Source: Nibricoccus sp.
Lineage (GTDB): Bacteria; Verrucomicrobiota; Verrucomicrobiia; Opitutales; Opitutaceae
Direction of reading: 5' to 3'
Length of the DNA: 64,000 nt
Assembly: GCA_047602425.1 (NCBI GenBank)
Contig: JASGHG010000001.1
Location: 2,592,001-2,656,000, forward strand
Position numbers and translations under genes: made by a program. Positions 1 through 8,397 of this stretch are shown here, piece by piece. Positions within the stretch are counted from its first letter, which is position 1; every line of letters starts with the position of its first letter. The notes under the pieces were generated by a model. The model was not told where the DNA came from. It was given only the letters and a program-made list of their open reading frames with translations, and did not search any database.

Positions 1-1
1 C

Positions 2-346
2 AACGTCGGCAGCATCCAGAACCCGCTTCTCACGCAGCTCAACGCCCCTGCGCGCACCGATTCGCCCACCGGTCCGGTCAAGCTGCCCGGCATTGCTCTT
101 CCCGCTGAAACGACCCAGGCCCAACCCGGCGGTTTCGGCAAAGTCTTCGAGCAACTCGTTTCCACTGTCGATACGAAGGACCGCGAAGCCAAGGCCCTGA
201 CCCGCGACGTGCTGCTCGGCAAAAATGACCAGGTGCACCAATCCATGATCGCGATGCAGGAAGCCGGCGTGGCCTTCCAGCTGATGATCGAAGTGCGCAA
301 CAAGGTCGTCGAGTCCTATCAGGAACTCATGCGCATGCCGGTCTGA
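2..346 (+). CDS. fliE: Flagellar hook-basal body protein FliE (5' end outside window)
   Basis: Frame 2 reads ...VHQSMIAMQEAGVAFQLMIEVRNKVVESYQELMRMPV*, the typical FliE C-terminus; lies directly upstream of fliF. Confidence 0.92.
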   Translation, partial: NVGSIQNPLLTQLNAPARTDSPTGPVKLPGIALPAETTQAQPGGFGKVFEQLVSTVDTKDREAKALTRDVLLGKNDQVHQSMIAMQEAGVAFQLMIEVRNKVVESYQELMRMPV

Positions 347-392
347 TTTTTTATCGCCCAATTTTTTTCGCTAACCCCGAACCACCGCTTTC

Positions 393-1979
393 ATGAAAAA
401 TTTCCTCCGTTCCCTCGGCGCTCTGTGGAAGGAACTCGGCCTCAACCAACGCGTATCGCTCGTCATGGCCGCCCTGGCCGTCGTTGCCGGACTCGTTGTC
501 CTCACGGTTTGGTCGCGCCGGCCGGACTTGCAGCTCCTCTACGGCCGCCTCTCGGAGAAAGATGCCGCTGCCATCGTGAGCACGCTGCAGGCCCAGAATA
601 TTCCCCATAAAGTCAGCGCCGGCGGCGGCAGCGTCTACGTCGCGGCCGATCAGGTCTATCGCCTCCGCATGGAACTCGCCTCGAAAGGCATTCCAAGTGG
701 CGACGGCGTGGGTTTCGAAATTTTCGACAAAGGTCAGTTCGGTCTCAGCGATTTTGTCCAGCGCACCAATTACATTCGCGCGCTTCAAGGTGAGCTTGCC
801 CGAACCATTTCCCAGCTGGAAGGCGTGCGGAGCGCCCGTGTCATGATCGTGCAGCCGGAAAACCGCCTGCTCCTCACCGACCAGAACATCAAGCCCACCG
901 CTTCCGTCTTTGTTGAGCTCGCCTCGAACCGGCTCGATGCCGATGCCGTCAATTCCATTCGTAACCTCGTGGCCAACGCCGTGCAGGGTCTTCAGCCCGA
1001 CCAGGTCGCCGTCGTCGACAATCGCGGTCGTGTATTGTCCGAGGAACTACGCCAGGATCCCACGCTCGGCACCGCTTCCAGCCAGATGCGCTACCGCCAG
1101 CAGGTGGAAGACTATTTTGCCAAGAAGATCGAAAGCATGCTCACGCCGGTCGTCGGCAACAACAACGCCATCGTGCGCGTTTCCGCCGAGATCGAAACCG
1201 AAGCCACCACCCTCATGCAGGAAAAGTACGATCCCGAGGGTCAGGTCGTGCGCAGCCAGACGATCAGCGAGGATATTTCCAATTCCAAGGAAGACAAGGC
1301 CGGTGGCGCCGTCGGCATCACCGCGAACACGCCTGCCGCGACCGATAAAGGCGCAGCCGATGCCCTGGCCGCGGGCCAGCAGCAGAAACCTTCCTCGACA
1401 ACCGAGTCCAATCGCAAAAACCGAACCACTTCCTATGAAATCGGCCGTGTCGTGACCAACGTCACCCGCCAGCCCGGTTCGATCAAGAGCCTGAGCGCCT
1501 CCGTCTTCATTGCCGACGGCGGCATCGGCGCCGATGGCAAGCCCAAGAAGCGCAGCGCCGAGGAACTGCAAGCGCTCAAGCAGATCGTGATCAATGCCCT
1601 CGGCCTTCGTGCCGACAACGGCCGCAGCGTCGACTCGCTCGTCTCTCTTCAGGAAACCGCCTTCCAGACCGAACCGATCACCGCCCAGATTCAGAAAATC
1701 CAGAGCGAAACCCGCGTGCAGGGCTGGATCGAAACCGCCAGCCGTTACATCGCGATCGGCGTTGCGGCGATCGTGCTCTTCGTCTTCTGGCGCATGTTGA
1801 AGAAGCAGAAAATCGAGCCGGTTCCGATGGAGCTGCTCGCTGAGGCGCCCGATCCAACCAAACGCGCGCTCCAGACCAACGGCGGACTTTCCCCCGAACT
1901 TCTCAATGAACTCATCCGCCAGAAGCCGGCCAACATTGGCACCGCGCTCCGCGACTGGGTCTCCGTGAAGAAAAACTAG
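393..1979 (+). CDS. fliF: Flagellar MS-ring protein FliF
   Basis: Two TM segments; GFEIFDK...FGLSDFVQRTNYIRALQGELARTI and ASVFV motifs; operon position. Confidence 0.97.
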   Translation: MKNFLRSLGALWKELGLNQRVSLVMAALAVVAGLVVLTVWSRRPDLQLLYGRLSEKDAAAIVSTLQAQNIPHKVSAGGGSVYVAADQVYRLRMELASKGIPSGDGVGFEIFDKGQFGLSDFVQRTNYIRALQGELARTISQLEGVRSARVMIVQPENRLLLTDQNIKPTASVFVELASNRLDADAVNSIRNLVANAVQGLQPDQVAVVDNRGRVLSEELRQDPTLGTASSQMRYRQQVEDYFAKKIESMLTPVVGNNNAIVRVSAEIETEATTLMQEKYDPEGQVVRSQTISEDISNSKEDKAGGAVGITANTPAATDKGAADALAAGQQQKPSSTTESNRKNRTTSYEIGRVVTNVTRQPGSIKSLSASVFIADGGIGADGKPKKRSAEELQALKQIVINALGLRADNGRSVDSLVSLQETAFQTEPITAQIQKIQSETRVQGWIETASRYIAIGVAAIVLFVFWRMLKKQKIEPVPMELLAEAPDPTKRALQTNGGLSPELLNELIRQKPANIGTALRDWVSVKKN

Positions 1980-2006
1980 TCTCAAGCACCAAACTTTTCT
2001 CCCACG

Positions 2007-3026
2007 ATGATCGACCCTGATTTTAGCAAGCTCAGCCGCCAGCAGAAGCTCGCCATTTTTCTCATCGTCATCGGTCCGGAATCCGCTGCCGAGGTGATGA
2101 GGCACTTCGACGATGCCGAGATCGAGCTCATTTGCCGCGAAATGTCGCAGTACTCCATGATTTCCGACACCACGCGCAACCGGGTCATGGAAGAGTTCAC
2201 GCCGCTGATTGGCGAGGGCATCACTTCCACGTTGGGTGGTCTGGACTACGCCCGCCGCACGCTCGAAATTGCCCGTGGCGATTACAAGGCCGGCACCATC
2301 ATCGGCCGTCTCGGACCGGCTGGTTCGGCGGTCGAAGTGATCAAAGACATTTCCGAGATGGAAGGTCGCCAGATCTACAATCTCATCAAAAACGAACAGC
2401 CGCAGACGATTTCGTTCGTACTCTCGTACCTCGAAGGCGCGAAGGCAGCGGAAATTTTTGCCCTTTTGAGTCCCGACCTCCGCGAGGAAGTGGTCGAGCG
2501 CCTCGGCACGATTGATTCTACCTCTCTCGACTTGGTCGGCAAAATCGTCCGCAACCTCGGCAAGCATTTCGACAACAAGGTTCGCCCGACCTACCACCGC
2601 TCCGGCGGCGTGCGCGCCGTGGCTGATTTGCTCAACGGTATCGACAAGGAAATGTCGAAGAGCCTTCTTGCCCGTCTCGAAGAGCGCAACGCCCAGCTCG
2701 GTGCTGCGATTCGCAAGAAGATGTTCTCCTTCGAAGATCTCAACCGCCTCCAGTCGCAGGATCTGCAACGCGTGTTGCGCGAAGTCGACTCGGCGAACCT
2801 TGCCGTCTCGATGAAGTCCGCCAGCGAGCCGCTCAAGGAAAAGATCTACGGTTCCATCTCGAAGCGCGCCGCCGAAAGTCTCCGCGACGAAATCAGCATG
2901 CTCGGTCCGGTACGCTTGAAAGACGTCGAAGTTGCACAGGATGCCATCATCCAGGTTGTTCGCCGCCTCGAGGAAGAAGGCTCCATCTCGCTCGATTCCG
3001 GCAGCGATTCAACCGTGGTCGCGTAA
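2007..3026 (+). CDS. fliG: Flagellar motor switch protein FliG
   Basis: KLAIFLI, GGLDYAR, EQPQTI (EHPQ-like), GGVRAVA, MFSFEDL motifs. Confidence 0.97.
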   Translation: MIDPDFSKLSRQQKLAIFLIVIGPESAAEVMRHFDDAEIELICREMSQYSMISDTTRNRVMEEFTPLIGEGITSTLGGLDYARRTLEIARGDYKAGTIIGRLGPAGSAVEVIKDISEMEGRQIYNLIKNEQPQTISFVLSYLEGAKAAEIFALLSPDLREEVVERLGTIDSTSLDLVGKIVRNLGKHFDNKVRPTYHRSGGVRAVADLLNGIDKEMSKSLLARLEERNAQLGAAIRKKMFSFEDLNRLQSQDLQRVLREVDSANLAVSMKSASEPLKEKIYGSISKRAAESLRDEISMLGPVRLKDVEVAQDAIIQVVRRLEEEGSISLDSGSDSTVVA

Positions 3027-3029
3027 GCC

Positions 3030-3156
3030 AAAAATCCCAAACGCCAAACGTCCAAATCCCAAATTTTAAATCTGAAATCTAAAATCTGAAATTCCGATGA
3101 TGCCGGAAATTCCTCCCGCTGTTCTTTGGATTTTGGGATTTGGCCTTTGAAAATTT
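3030..3156. repeat. Heptamer tandem-repeat palindromic element, family 1
   Basis: Left arm CCAAACG CCAAACG TCCAAAT CCCAAAT TTTAAAT CTGAAAT CTAAAAT CTGAAAT; right arm TTTGGAT TTTGGGA TTTGGCC TTTGAAA. Confidence 0.8.
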
Positions 3157-3164
3157 CTCCCTCC

Positions 3165-3746
3165 ATGCCTCACCACAAACTCGTCGCCTTTGACCGCCCG
3201 CTCATCGCGGTTGCCATCCAGGGGCAGGGTGCTCGCCTTTACAGCGAGGCCGAACTGGCTGTTATCCGCCAAAAGGCCTGGCAGGAGGGCAGTGATGCCG
3301 CCCGGGAATTTGCGAATCATCAACTCGTGGAATTCCGTGCCGAAGTACAGGCCTTGCAGGAAGGACTTTTCCAGCGTCTCGCCGCAACCGATTCCGAGAT
3401 GCAAACGCAGTTGCGGGAGTCGTTGCCTTCGCTTGCGGTCGAACTCGCCCGTCGCCTTCTCGCCGGTTTCGAGCCGACCGCCGAGCAGGTCATCAAGCTC
3501 TGCGAGGAAACGCTCGCGCAACTTTATCCCGAGCGCGACGATCTCGAACTCTTCCTCTCCCCGCGCGATGCCGCGATGCTTGAGCAGGTCAACCCCGAGT
3601 GGAAAGCGCGCCACCCCGGCTTGAAGATCACAGTCGATGCCGCCCTCGGTTCCGGAGATTGCCAGGTCCGTAGCCGCTTTGGCCTAACCGATGCCCGCCG
3701 CCAAGCCAAACTCGAAGCTCTCACGAGGGAACTGCTCAGTGCATAA
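3165..3746 (+). CDS. fliH: Flagellar assembly protein FliH
   Basis: Between fliG and fliI; AWQEG repeat-like segment; C-terminal LSPRD...D..LGSGDCQV...G..DA; start set at the ATG after the repeat element. Confidence 0.9.
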   Translation: MPHHKLVAFDRPLIAVAIQGQGARLYSEAELAVIRQKAWQEGSDAAREFANHQLVEFRAEVQALQEGLFQRLAATDSEMQTQLRESLPSLAVELARRLLAGFEPTAEQVIKLCEETLAQLYPERDDLELFLSPRDAAMLEQVNPEWKARHPGLKITVDAALGSGDCQVRSRFGLTDARRQAKLEALTRELLSA

Positions 3747-3750
3747 CACG

Positions 3751-3851
3751 CTGAAAATTCCAAACGCCAAAATTCCAAATCTCAAACCATGAAGCCAAAC
3801 TCAAAATTATCCGCTGTTTTGTGGAATTTGGGTTTTGGACTTTGAAATTTT
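3751..3851. repeat. Heptamer tandem-repeat palindromic element, family 1
   Basis: AAATTC CAAACGC CAAAATT CCAAATC TCAAA...GGAATTT GGGTTTT GGACTTT GAAATTT. Confidence 0.8.
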
Positions 3852-3861
3852 TCCGCCGCTT

Positions 3862-5181
3862 ATGTCCAACGTCGTCCCCATGATCGAAGCCCTTCGCTCG
3901 CAGGTCCGCAGCCTGCCGGCGGTGCGCCGTCTCGGTCACGTCACGGGCATCACCGGCCTGATCATTGAGTCGGAAGGTCCCAATGTCGGACTGGGCGAAC
4001 TCTGCAAACTCAGTTCGGAACGCGATAATTTTTCCGTGACAGCCGAAGTCGTCGGTTTCCGCGGCGAGCATGTTTTGCTGATGCCGCTCGGCGAAACAAC
4101 GGGCCTCCACGCCGGCTGCGAAGTGGCCGCTGCCGACCGTCCGCCGTTGCCGCAGATTGGCCCGCGCCTGCTCGGTCGCGTGCTCGACGCCATGGGCAAG
4201 CCTTACGATGGACTCGGGCTGCTGCCCACCGCGCGCCTTGAACATGGTTCGGCCAAGCCCCCGCATCCGTTGCGGCGCCAGCGCATCCGCGATGCTTTTG
4301 CCACGGGCGTGCGTTCAATTGACTCATTCATTCCATTCGGTCGTGGACAACGTTTGGGCCTTTTCGCCGGTTCAGGCGTTGGTAAGTCCACGCTTATGGG
4401 CATGATCGCCCGAGGCGCTGAAGCTGACGTCGTCGTGATCGCACTCGTGGGCGAACGTGGCCGAGAAGTCCGCGAGTTCATCGAAAAGGATTTGGGCCCC
4501 GAGGGTCTTTCCCGCTCGATCGTGGTTGTGGCGACCAGCGATACGCCCGCTCCGCTTCGCCTGCGCGCCGCCTTTACCGCGACCTCCATTGCCGAGGCTT
4601 ATCGCGACGAAGGTAAAAATGTTCTGCTCCTCATGGACTCGGTCACGCGTTTTGCCATGGCGCAACGCGAGATCGGCCTCGCCGTTGGCGAACCGCCGGC
4701 CACGCGCGGTTACACGCCTTCGGTTTTTGCGCTCCTCCCTCGTTTGCTCGAACGTTCGGGCGCGGGCGAGACCGGTTCCATCACCGCGCTCTACACAGTG
4801 CTTGTCGAAGGCGATGACATGAACGAACCCGTGGCGGACGCCGTCCGCGGTATTCTCGACGGACACATTGTGCTCTCTCGCGCCTTGGCCCACGCTAACC
4901 ATTATCCAGCGGTCGACGTGCTTGAGAGCATCAGCCGTCTCAATCGCGATGTCTGCTCCCCGGAGGAACTCGATCTCGTTGCCCGTGCCCGCGAGCACCT
5001 CGCGGTTTACCGCAAGAACGAGGATCTCGTTACCATTGGCGCCTACCAGAAAGGCACCAACGCCCAGCTTGATCGCGCCGTGGCGCTTTACGAACCATTG
5101 AAAAATTTCCTGCGCCAGAGCGTCCAGGACCGCGTGCCGCGCGCCGATTGCTTCAACCATTTGAAAAAGATCTTGTCATGA
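3862..5181 (+). CDS. fliI: Flagellar export ATPase FliI
   Basis: Walker A AGSGVGKS, GERGRE, LLLMDSVTRFAMAQREIG, GEPP..RGY. Confidence 0.97.
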   Translation: MSNVVPMIEALRSQVRSLPAVRRLGHVTGITGLIIESEGPNVGLGELCKLSSERDNFSVTAEVVGFRGEHVLLMPLGETTGLHAGCEVAAADRPPLPQIGPRLLGRVLDAMGKPYDGLGLLPTARLEHGSAKPPHPLRRQRIRDAFATGVRSIDSFIPFGRGQRLGLFAGSGVGKSTLMGMIARGAEADVVVIALVGERGREVREFIEKDLGPEGLSRSIVVVATSDTPAPLRLRAAFTATSIAEAYRDEGKNVLLLMDSVTRFAMAQREIGLAVGEPPATRGYTPSVFALLPRLLERSGAGETGSITALYTVLVEGDDMNEPVADAVRGILDGHIVLSRALAHANHYPAVDVLESISRLNRDVCSPEELDLVARAREHLAVYRKNEDLVTIGAYQKGTNAQLDRAVALYEPLKNFLRQSVQDRVPRADCFNHLKKILS

Positions 5182-5633
5182 AAAAGTTCCGTTTTCCTCT
5201 TCGCTCTGTCGCCACCGTTCGCTCGCTGCGTGAACTGCGCGCCCGCGAACATTTTTCCGTGGCCGTGCATGCCTACGTCACCGCCGGGGAGCACCTGCAG
5301 GTTCTGCGTGCACGGCTGGCGGCTTTGGAAGAGGTGTTGCGCAACGGACGCATCCAGACTTTCCGGGCGGGCGACGAGGCCTCGTTCCTTGAAGCCTACA
5401 AAACCGAAACAATCGCCGCCACCAAGGCCGCGGTCGAGGTCGAAAAAACCCGGGCCCAGATGGAAGCCGCGCGCCAGGCCTGGCTCGGTTCGCGTCGTGA
5501 TTTGAAGGTGGTTGAAAGTCTTGAACAAAAAGCCCGCGCCACCCACCGGCGCGAGGTCGAGCGCGAGGACCAGGCGGCCCTCGATGACCGTACCAGCGCC
5601 CTCGCCGCGCGCGCCGCCGCCCAAGGCCTATGA
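5178..5633 (+). CDS. fliJ: Flagellar export protein FliJ
   Basis: MKKFRFPL..V...R start, coiled coil, EQ/DQ..LDD end; ATGA overlap with fliI. Confidence 0.88.
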   Translation: MKKFRFPLRSVATVRSLRELRAREHFSVAVHAYVTAGEHLQVLRARLAALEEVLRNGRIQTFRAGDEASFLEAYKTETIAATKAAVEVEKTRAQMEAARQAWLGSRRDLKVVESLEQKARATHRREVEREDQAALDDRTSALAARAAAQGL

Positions 5634-6241
5634 TCAAACTTCTCACCAACCCCATTGTCACACTGGTTGTCGCGCTCGTGCTCGGCGTGGGCACGGGATT
5701 GAGCATGTTCATGCAGGCCGCGAAACCTTTAATCGCCGCGACCAAACTCGCCCGCGTGAAAGCTGCCGCCGCCAAGGAACCCGAAGCTCCCTGGGGATTC
5801 TGGACGCTTGAGATCGAAAATCTTGCCAGCGAACTCAAGGACCAGAAAGCCGTCGTTAAAAAATACGAGGAGTCGCTCAAGTTGCGCGAGGAACGGCTCA
5901 ATGCCGAACGACAGGAACTCGCCAAACAACGCGACCAGCTCGAGGCCATGCGCGCCGATATCGCCGGCCGCATTACTTCCATCCAGGCCGACGAAATCAA
6001 AAACCTGAAATCGCTCGTGGCCACCTACAGCAATCTCACGCCGAAAGCCACGCTCACCATTTTCAAGGAGATGGACGACACCATGGTCGTCAAAATCCTC
6101 TCGCTCATGAAAACCGACGTCACCACGCCGCTTTTCGAAGAAATGAGCAAGCAGGCCGCCACCGATCCCGTCGTTGCCCGCCGCGTGGCCACCCTCACCG
6201 AAAGACTTCGCCTCCTCAAAACCAGCCCCACGACACCCTGA
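5630..6241 (+). CDS. MotE/FlbB/YlxF-like flagellar protein (N-terminal TM, coiled coil, MgtE-N-like domain)
   Basis: LVATYSNLTPKATLTIFKEMDD..VVKILSLMK pattern; position after fliJ as in Firmicutes/spirochaetes. Confidence 0.75.
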   Translation: MIKLLTNPIVTLVVALVLGVGTGLSMFMQAAKPLIAATKLARVKAAAAKEPEAPWGFWTLEIENLASELKDQKAVVKKYEESLKLREERLNAERQELAKQRDQLEAMRADIAGRITSIQADEIKNLKSLVATYSNLTPKATLTIFKEMDDTMVVKILSLMKTDVTTPLFEEMSKQAATDPVVARRVATLTERLRLLKTSPTTP

Positions 6242-6277
6242 TTTTCGCACCGGCGTTGACGCGCCGAAACCTTTAGA

Positions 6278-6322
6278 CCCGCACCAAGGAAGGTGTGGGA
6301 AACTCCGACCCAAGGAAGGGTC
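6278..6322 (+). promoter_or_regulatory. Two hairpins with AAGGAA loops (CsrA-like sites) in the fliK leader
   Basis: CCCGCACC-AAGGAA-GGTGTGGG (6278-6299) and GACCC-AAGGAA-GGGTC (6307-6322), 8 nt before ATG 6331. Confidence 0.7.
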
Positions 6323-6330
6323 CTTTAAAA

Positions 6331-7896
6331 ATGACTCTTCCTCCCAATTGCCTTCCTCCCGAAAATGCCGCTCTGTCCGGCGACCTTCTCGCCGGCCTCG
6401 GCCAGCCAGCGGGCGCGACTGAAGCCGCCGACGGCACTCCCTTTGCCACGCTCCTCGCGGATGCCGCGCCCGGCGAAAACGCCAACCAACCAGCGGGCGA
6501 GCCTGCACGCGCGGCCGGAGGTCCCGCGGTGGCCCTGTATTCGGGAATTTGCTACAGCAATGTCCTTCAGACGGCGACGGGCGAGGCGACCGAGGCTGCC
6601 ATTGACTCAGTGCCGGAGGATGAAGAACCGGTTTTGCCTCCCGACGTTGATCCCGCGCCATCGGAAGAAAGTGCTTTGCTGCTCGCTTACCAACTCATCG
6701 CAGGCCAATGGGTGCCGCAGCCGGTCTCGCTTCAAGCCGAACCAGCTCTTACGACTGCCGCAGCCGCCCGTGCGGGCGACGAAGCCGTTTCGGTGAACCA
6801 GGGTGACGGATTTGCCGCACAGCCGGGTGAAGCGCCCGTGGCCGAGCCGACCTCGGGGATTGCCCCGGCGAAGGTTGACCCCGCTGCATCGGCCAACGCG
6901 CTTGTTTTCAAAGAGGCAAAGTCGGCGACGACGACTGACAAAATCATGGCTGCTTCCAATACCCCCACGCGGACCCAAGCAACCGAACAAAAATCCGAGT
7001 CAACTCCTTCACGCTCCGAGCCTGCAGCGACGCCTTCTGACAATGTAATTTCCCCATGTTCCGTCCCTGAGGCGGCATCTTCAAATGGCATGACCAACGT
7101 CGTCTCGGAACTGCCGCGCCCGATAAATAATCTACCGGCAAAATTTACCGCTCCCGGTTCTGACCCCCGTGCAGAAGATGCCTCTGGGGTGAATTCCTTA
7201 AGTAGCTCAGCAGAAAAAAAGACGTTAGTCGCTGATGCAAAAGGTGTAAAGTCAGCTGGTCGTCAGATTGGCACGAACGTTGCAAACCGGGGGTACTCCA
7301 TGCCCTATTCTGCCGCCAACAAGTCCAGCGCACCGTCCACCACGGCGCTTTCGCAGGCACTTCCAGCTGGCGGCGTGCAAAGCGGCAGCAGCTCCGCGGC
7401 GATCGAGATCGAAGCGCCGTCTTCGGTTCACGCTCCGCGTCTCGTTCAGGAAATTCGTGCGATCGCCGACCGGATTTCGACCATCGATCGCAACACCGTC
7501 GAGGTCCGTTTCGATTTTAACGAGTCCGACCGCCTTTCCGTCCGCGTCGAATATCGAGACGGCGCGGTGCACACAACTTTCCGCACCGACTCTGAGTCGT
7601 TGCGCGAAGTGATCGCCCGCGAATGGCAGGCGCAGGCCGTTTCCGCCGAGCCGCGCGCCTACCGCGTTGCCGAACCTGTATTTAGCAACAACGTCGCGAC
7701 TTCCGGCGACCTTTCGCAGTCCGGCCAGGGCTCCAGCCAGTCGCAAGGCCGCGCTTTCGAGCAGCAGGCCGCCCCGACTTTTAACGGGCTCGCCCAACAA
7801 GGGCGTTCCTCCTCCGGCGCTTCCTTCGGTGCTCCCAGCTCCGCGGCGGCGACGGTTCGTCCCGAAACCTCCCTCCACCTCCACACGTTCGCCTGA
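6331..7896 (+). CDS. fliK: Flagellar hook-length control protein FliK-like
   Basis: Long low-complexity Ala/Pro/Ser/Thr region, C-terminal FliK_C-like domain (LSVRVEYRDGAVHTTFRTDSESLRE), Gln/Ser-rich tail; directly upstream of flgD. Confidence 0.82.
   Translation: MTLPPNCLPPENAALSGDLLAGLGQPAGATEAADGTPFATLLADAAPGENANQPAGEPARAAGGPAVALYSGICYSNVLQTATGEATEAAIDSVPEDEEPVLPPDVDPAPSEESALLLAYQLIAGQWVPQPVSLQAEPALTTAAAARAGDEAVSVNQGDGFAAQPGEAPVAEPTSGIAPAKVDPAASANALVFKEAKSATTTDKIMAASNTPTRTQATEQKSESTPSRSEPAATPSDNVISPCSVPEAASSNGMTNVVSELPRPINNLPAKFTAPGSDPRAEDASGVNSLSSSAEKKTLVADAKGVKSAGRQIGTNVANRGYSMPYSAANKSSAPSTTALSQALPAGGVQSGSSSAAIEIEAPSSVHAPRLVQEIRAIADRISTIDRNTVEVRFDFNESDRLSVRVEYRDGAVHTTFRTDSESLREVIAREWQAQAVSAEPRAYRVAEPVFSNNVATSGDLSQSGQGSSQSQGRAFEQQAAPTFNGLAQQGRSSSGASFGAPSSAAATVRPETSLHLHTFA
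7268..7284 (+). promoter_or_regulatory. Sigma54 (-24/-12) promoter inside fliK
   Basis: TTGGCACGAACGTTGCA matches TGGCACG-N4-TTGC(W) exactly; predicted +1 near 7295; in-frame ATG at 7300. Confidence 0.75.
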
Positions 7897-7907
7897 GGAT
7901 CTCCACC

Positions 7908-8339
7908 ATGTCTTCCGTCACTGCCACTTCCTCCTCTTCTTCGGCTTATACCGACAATCTTTCGGCCCGCGTCGCCCAGAAAAGTCTCGGGCAAAGCGAT
8001 TTTCTCAAACTGCTGACCACGCAGATGAGCAATCAGGACCCGATGAATCCCATCTCGGACACCGACCAGATCGCGCAGCTCGCCCAGTTTTCCGCCTTGC
8101 AATCGATGAATTCCGTCGCCTCGGAACTCGCCTATCTGCGCGCCGACACCCAGCTCCAGGGCGCCAGCGGCCTGATCGGACGGCAGGTCACCGTGACCAC
8201 GAGCAAGGGTAATGTCGTCGGCACGGTCGACTCGGTTCAGGCCGACTCCAGCCACGTCTACGTCAATGTCGGCGGGCAGCAGTACGATTATTCCAAGATC
8301 ATCAAAGTCGAACCAAAGCCAACCGCCACGACTCCCTAA
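7908..8339 (+). CDS. flgD: Flagellar hook capping protein FlgD (short form)
   Basis: LGQSDFLKLLTTQMSNQDPMNP...IAQLAQFSAL. Confidence 0.96.
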   Translation: MSSVTATSSSSSAYTDNLSARVAQKSLGQSDFLKLLTTQMSNQDPMNPISDTDQIAQLAQFSALQSMNSVASELAYLRADTQLQGASGLIGRQVTVTTSKGNVVGTVDSVQADSSHVYVNVGGQQYDYSKIIKVEPKPTATTP

Positions 8340-8397
8340 ACTTTCAAGGACGAAACCAACCCCAAACGTAAACCGGCTCATTTAATCATCTCCAACC

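Noticed and set aside
1047..2768. Long antisense ORFs (also 9251-11089, 8422-9630, 34912-37071, 18476-19669, 61198-62412)
   Set aside because: Shadows of well-supported genes on the opposite strand, expected with high-GC codon bias; no motifs
3030..3156. CRISPR interpretation of the short repeats
   Set aside because: Degenerate 7-9-nt tandem units with no unique spacers and no cas genes
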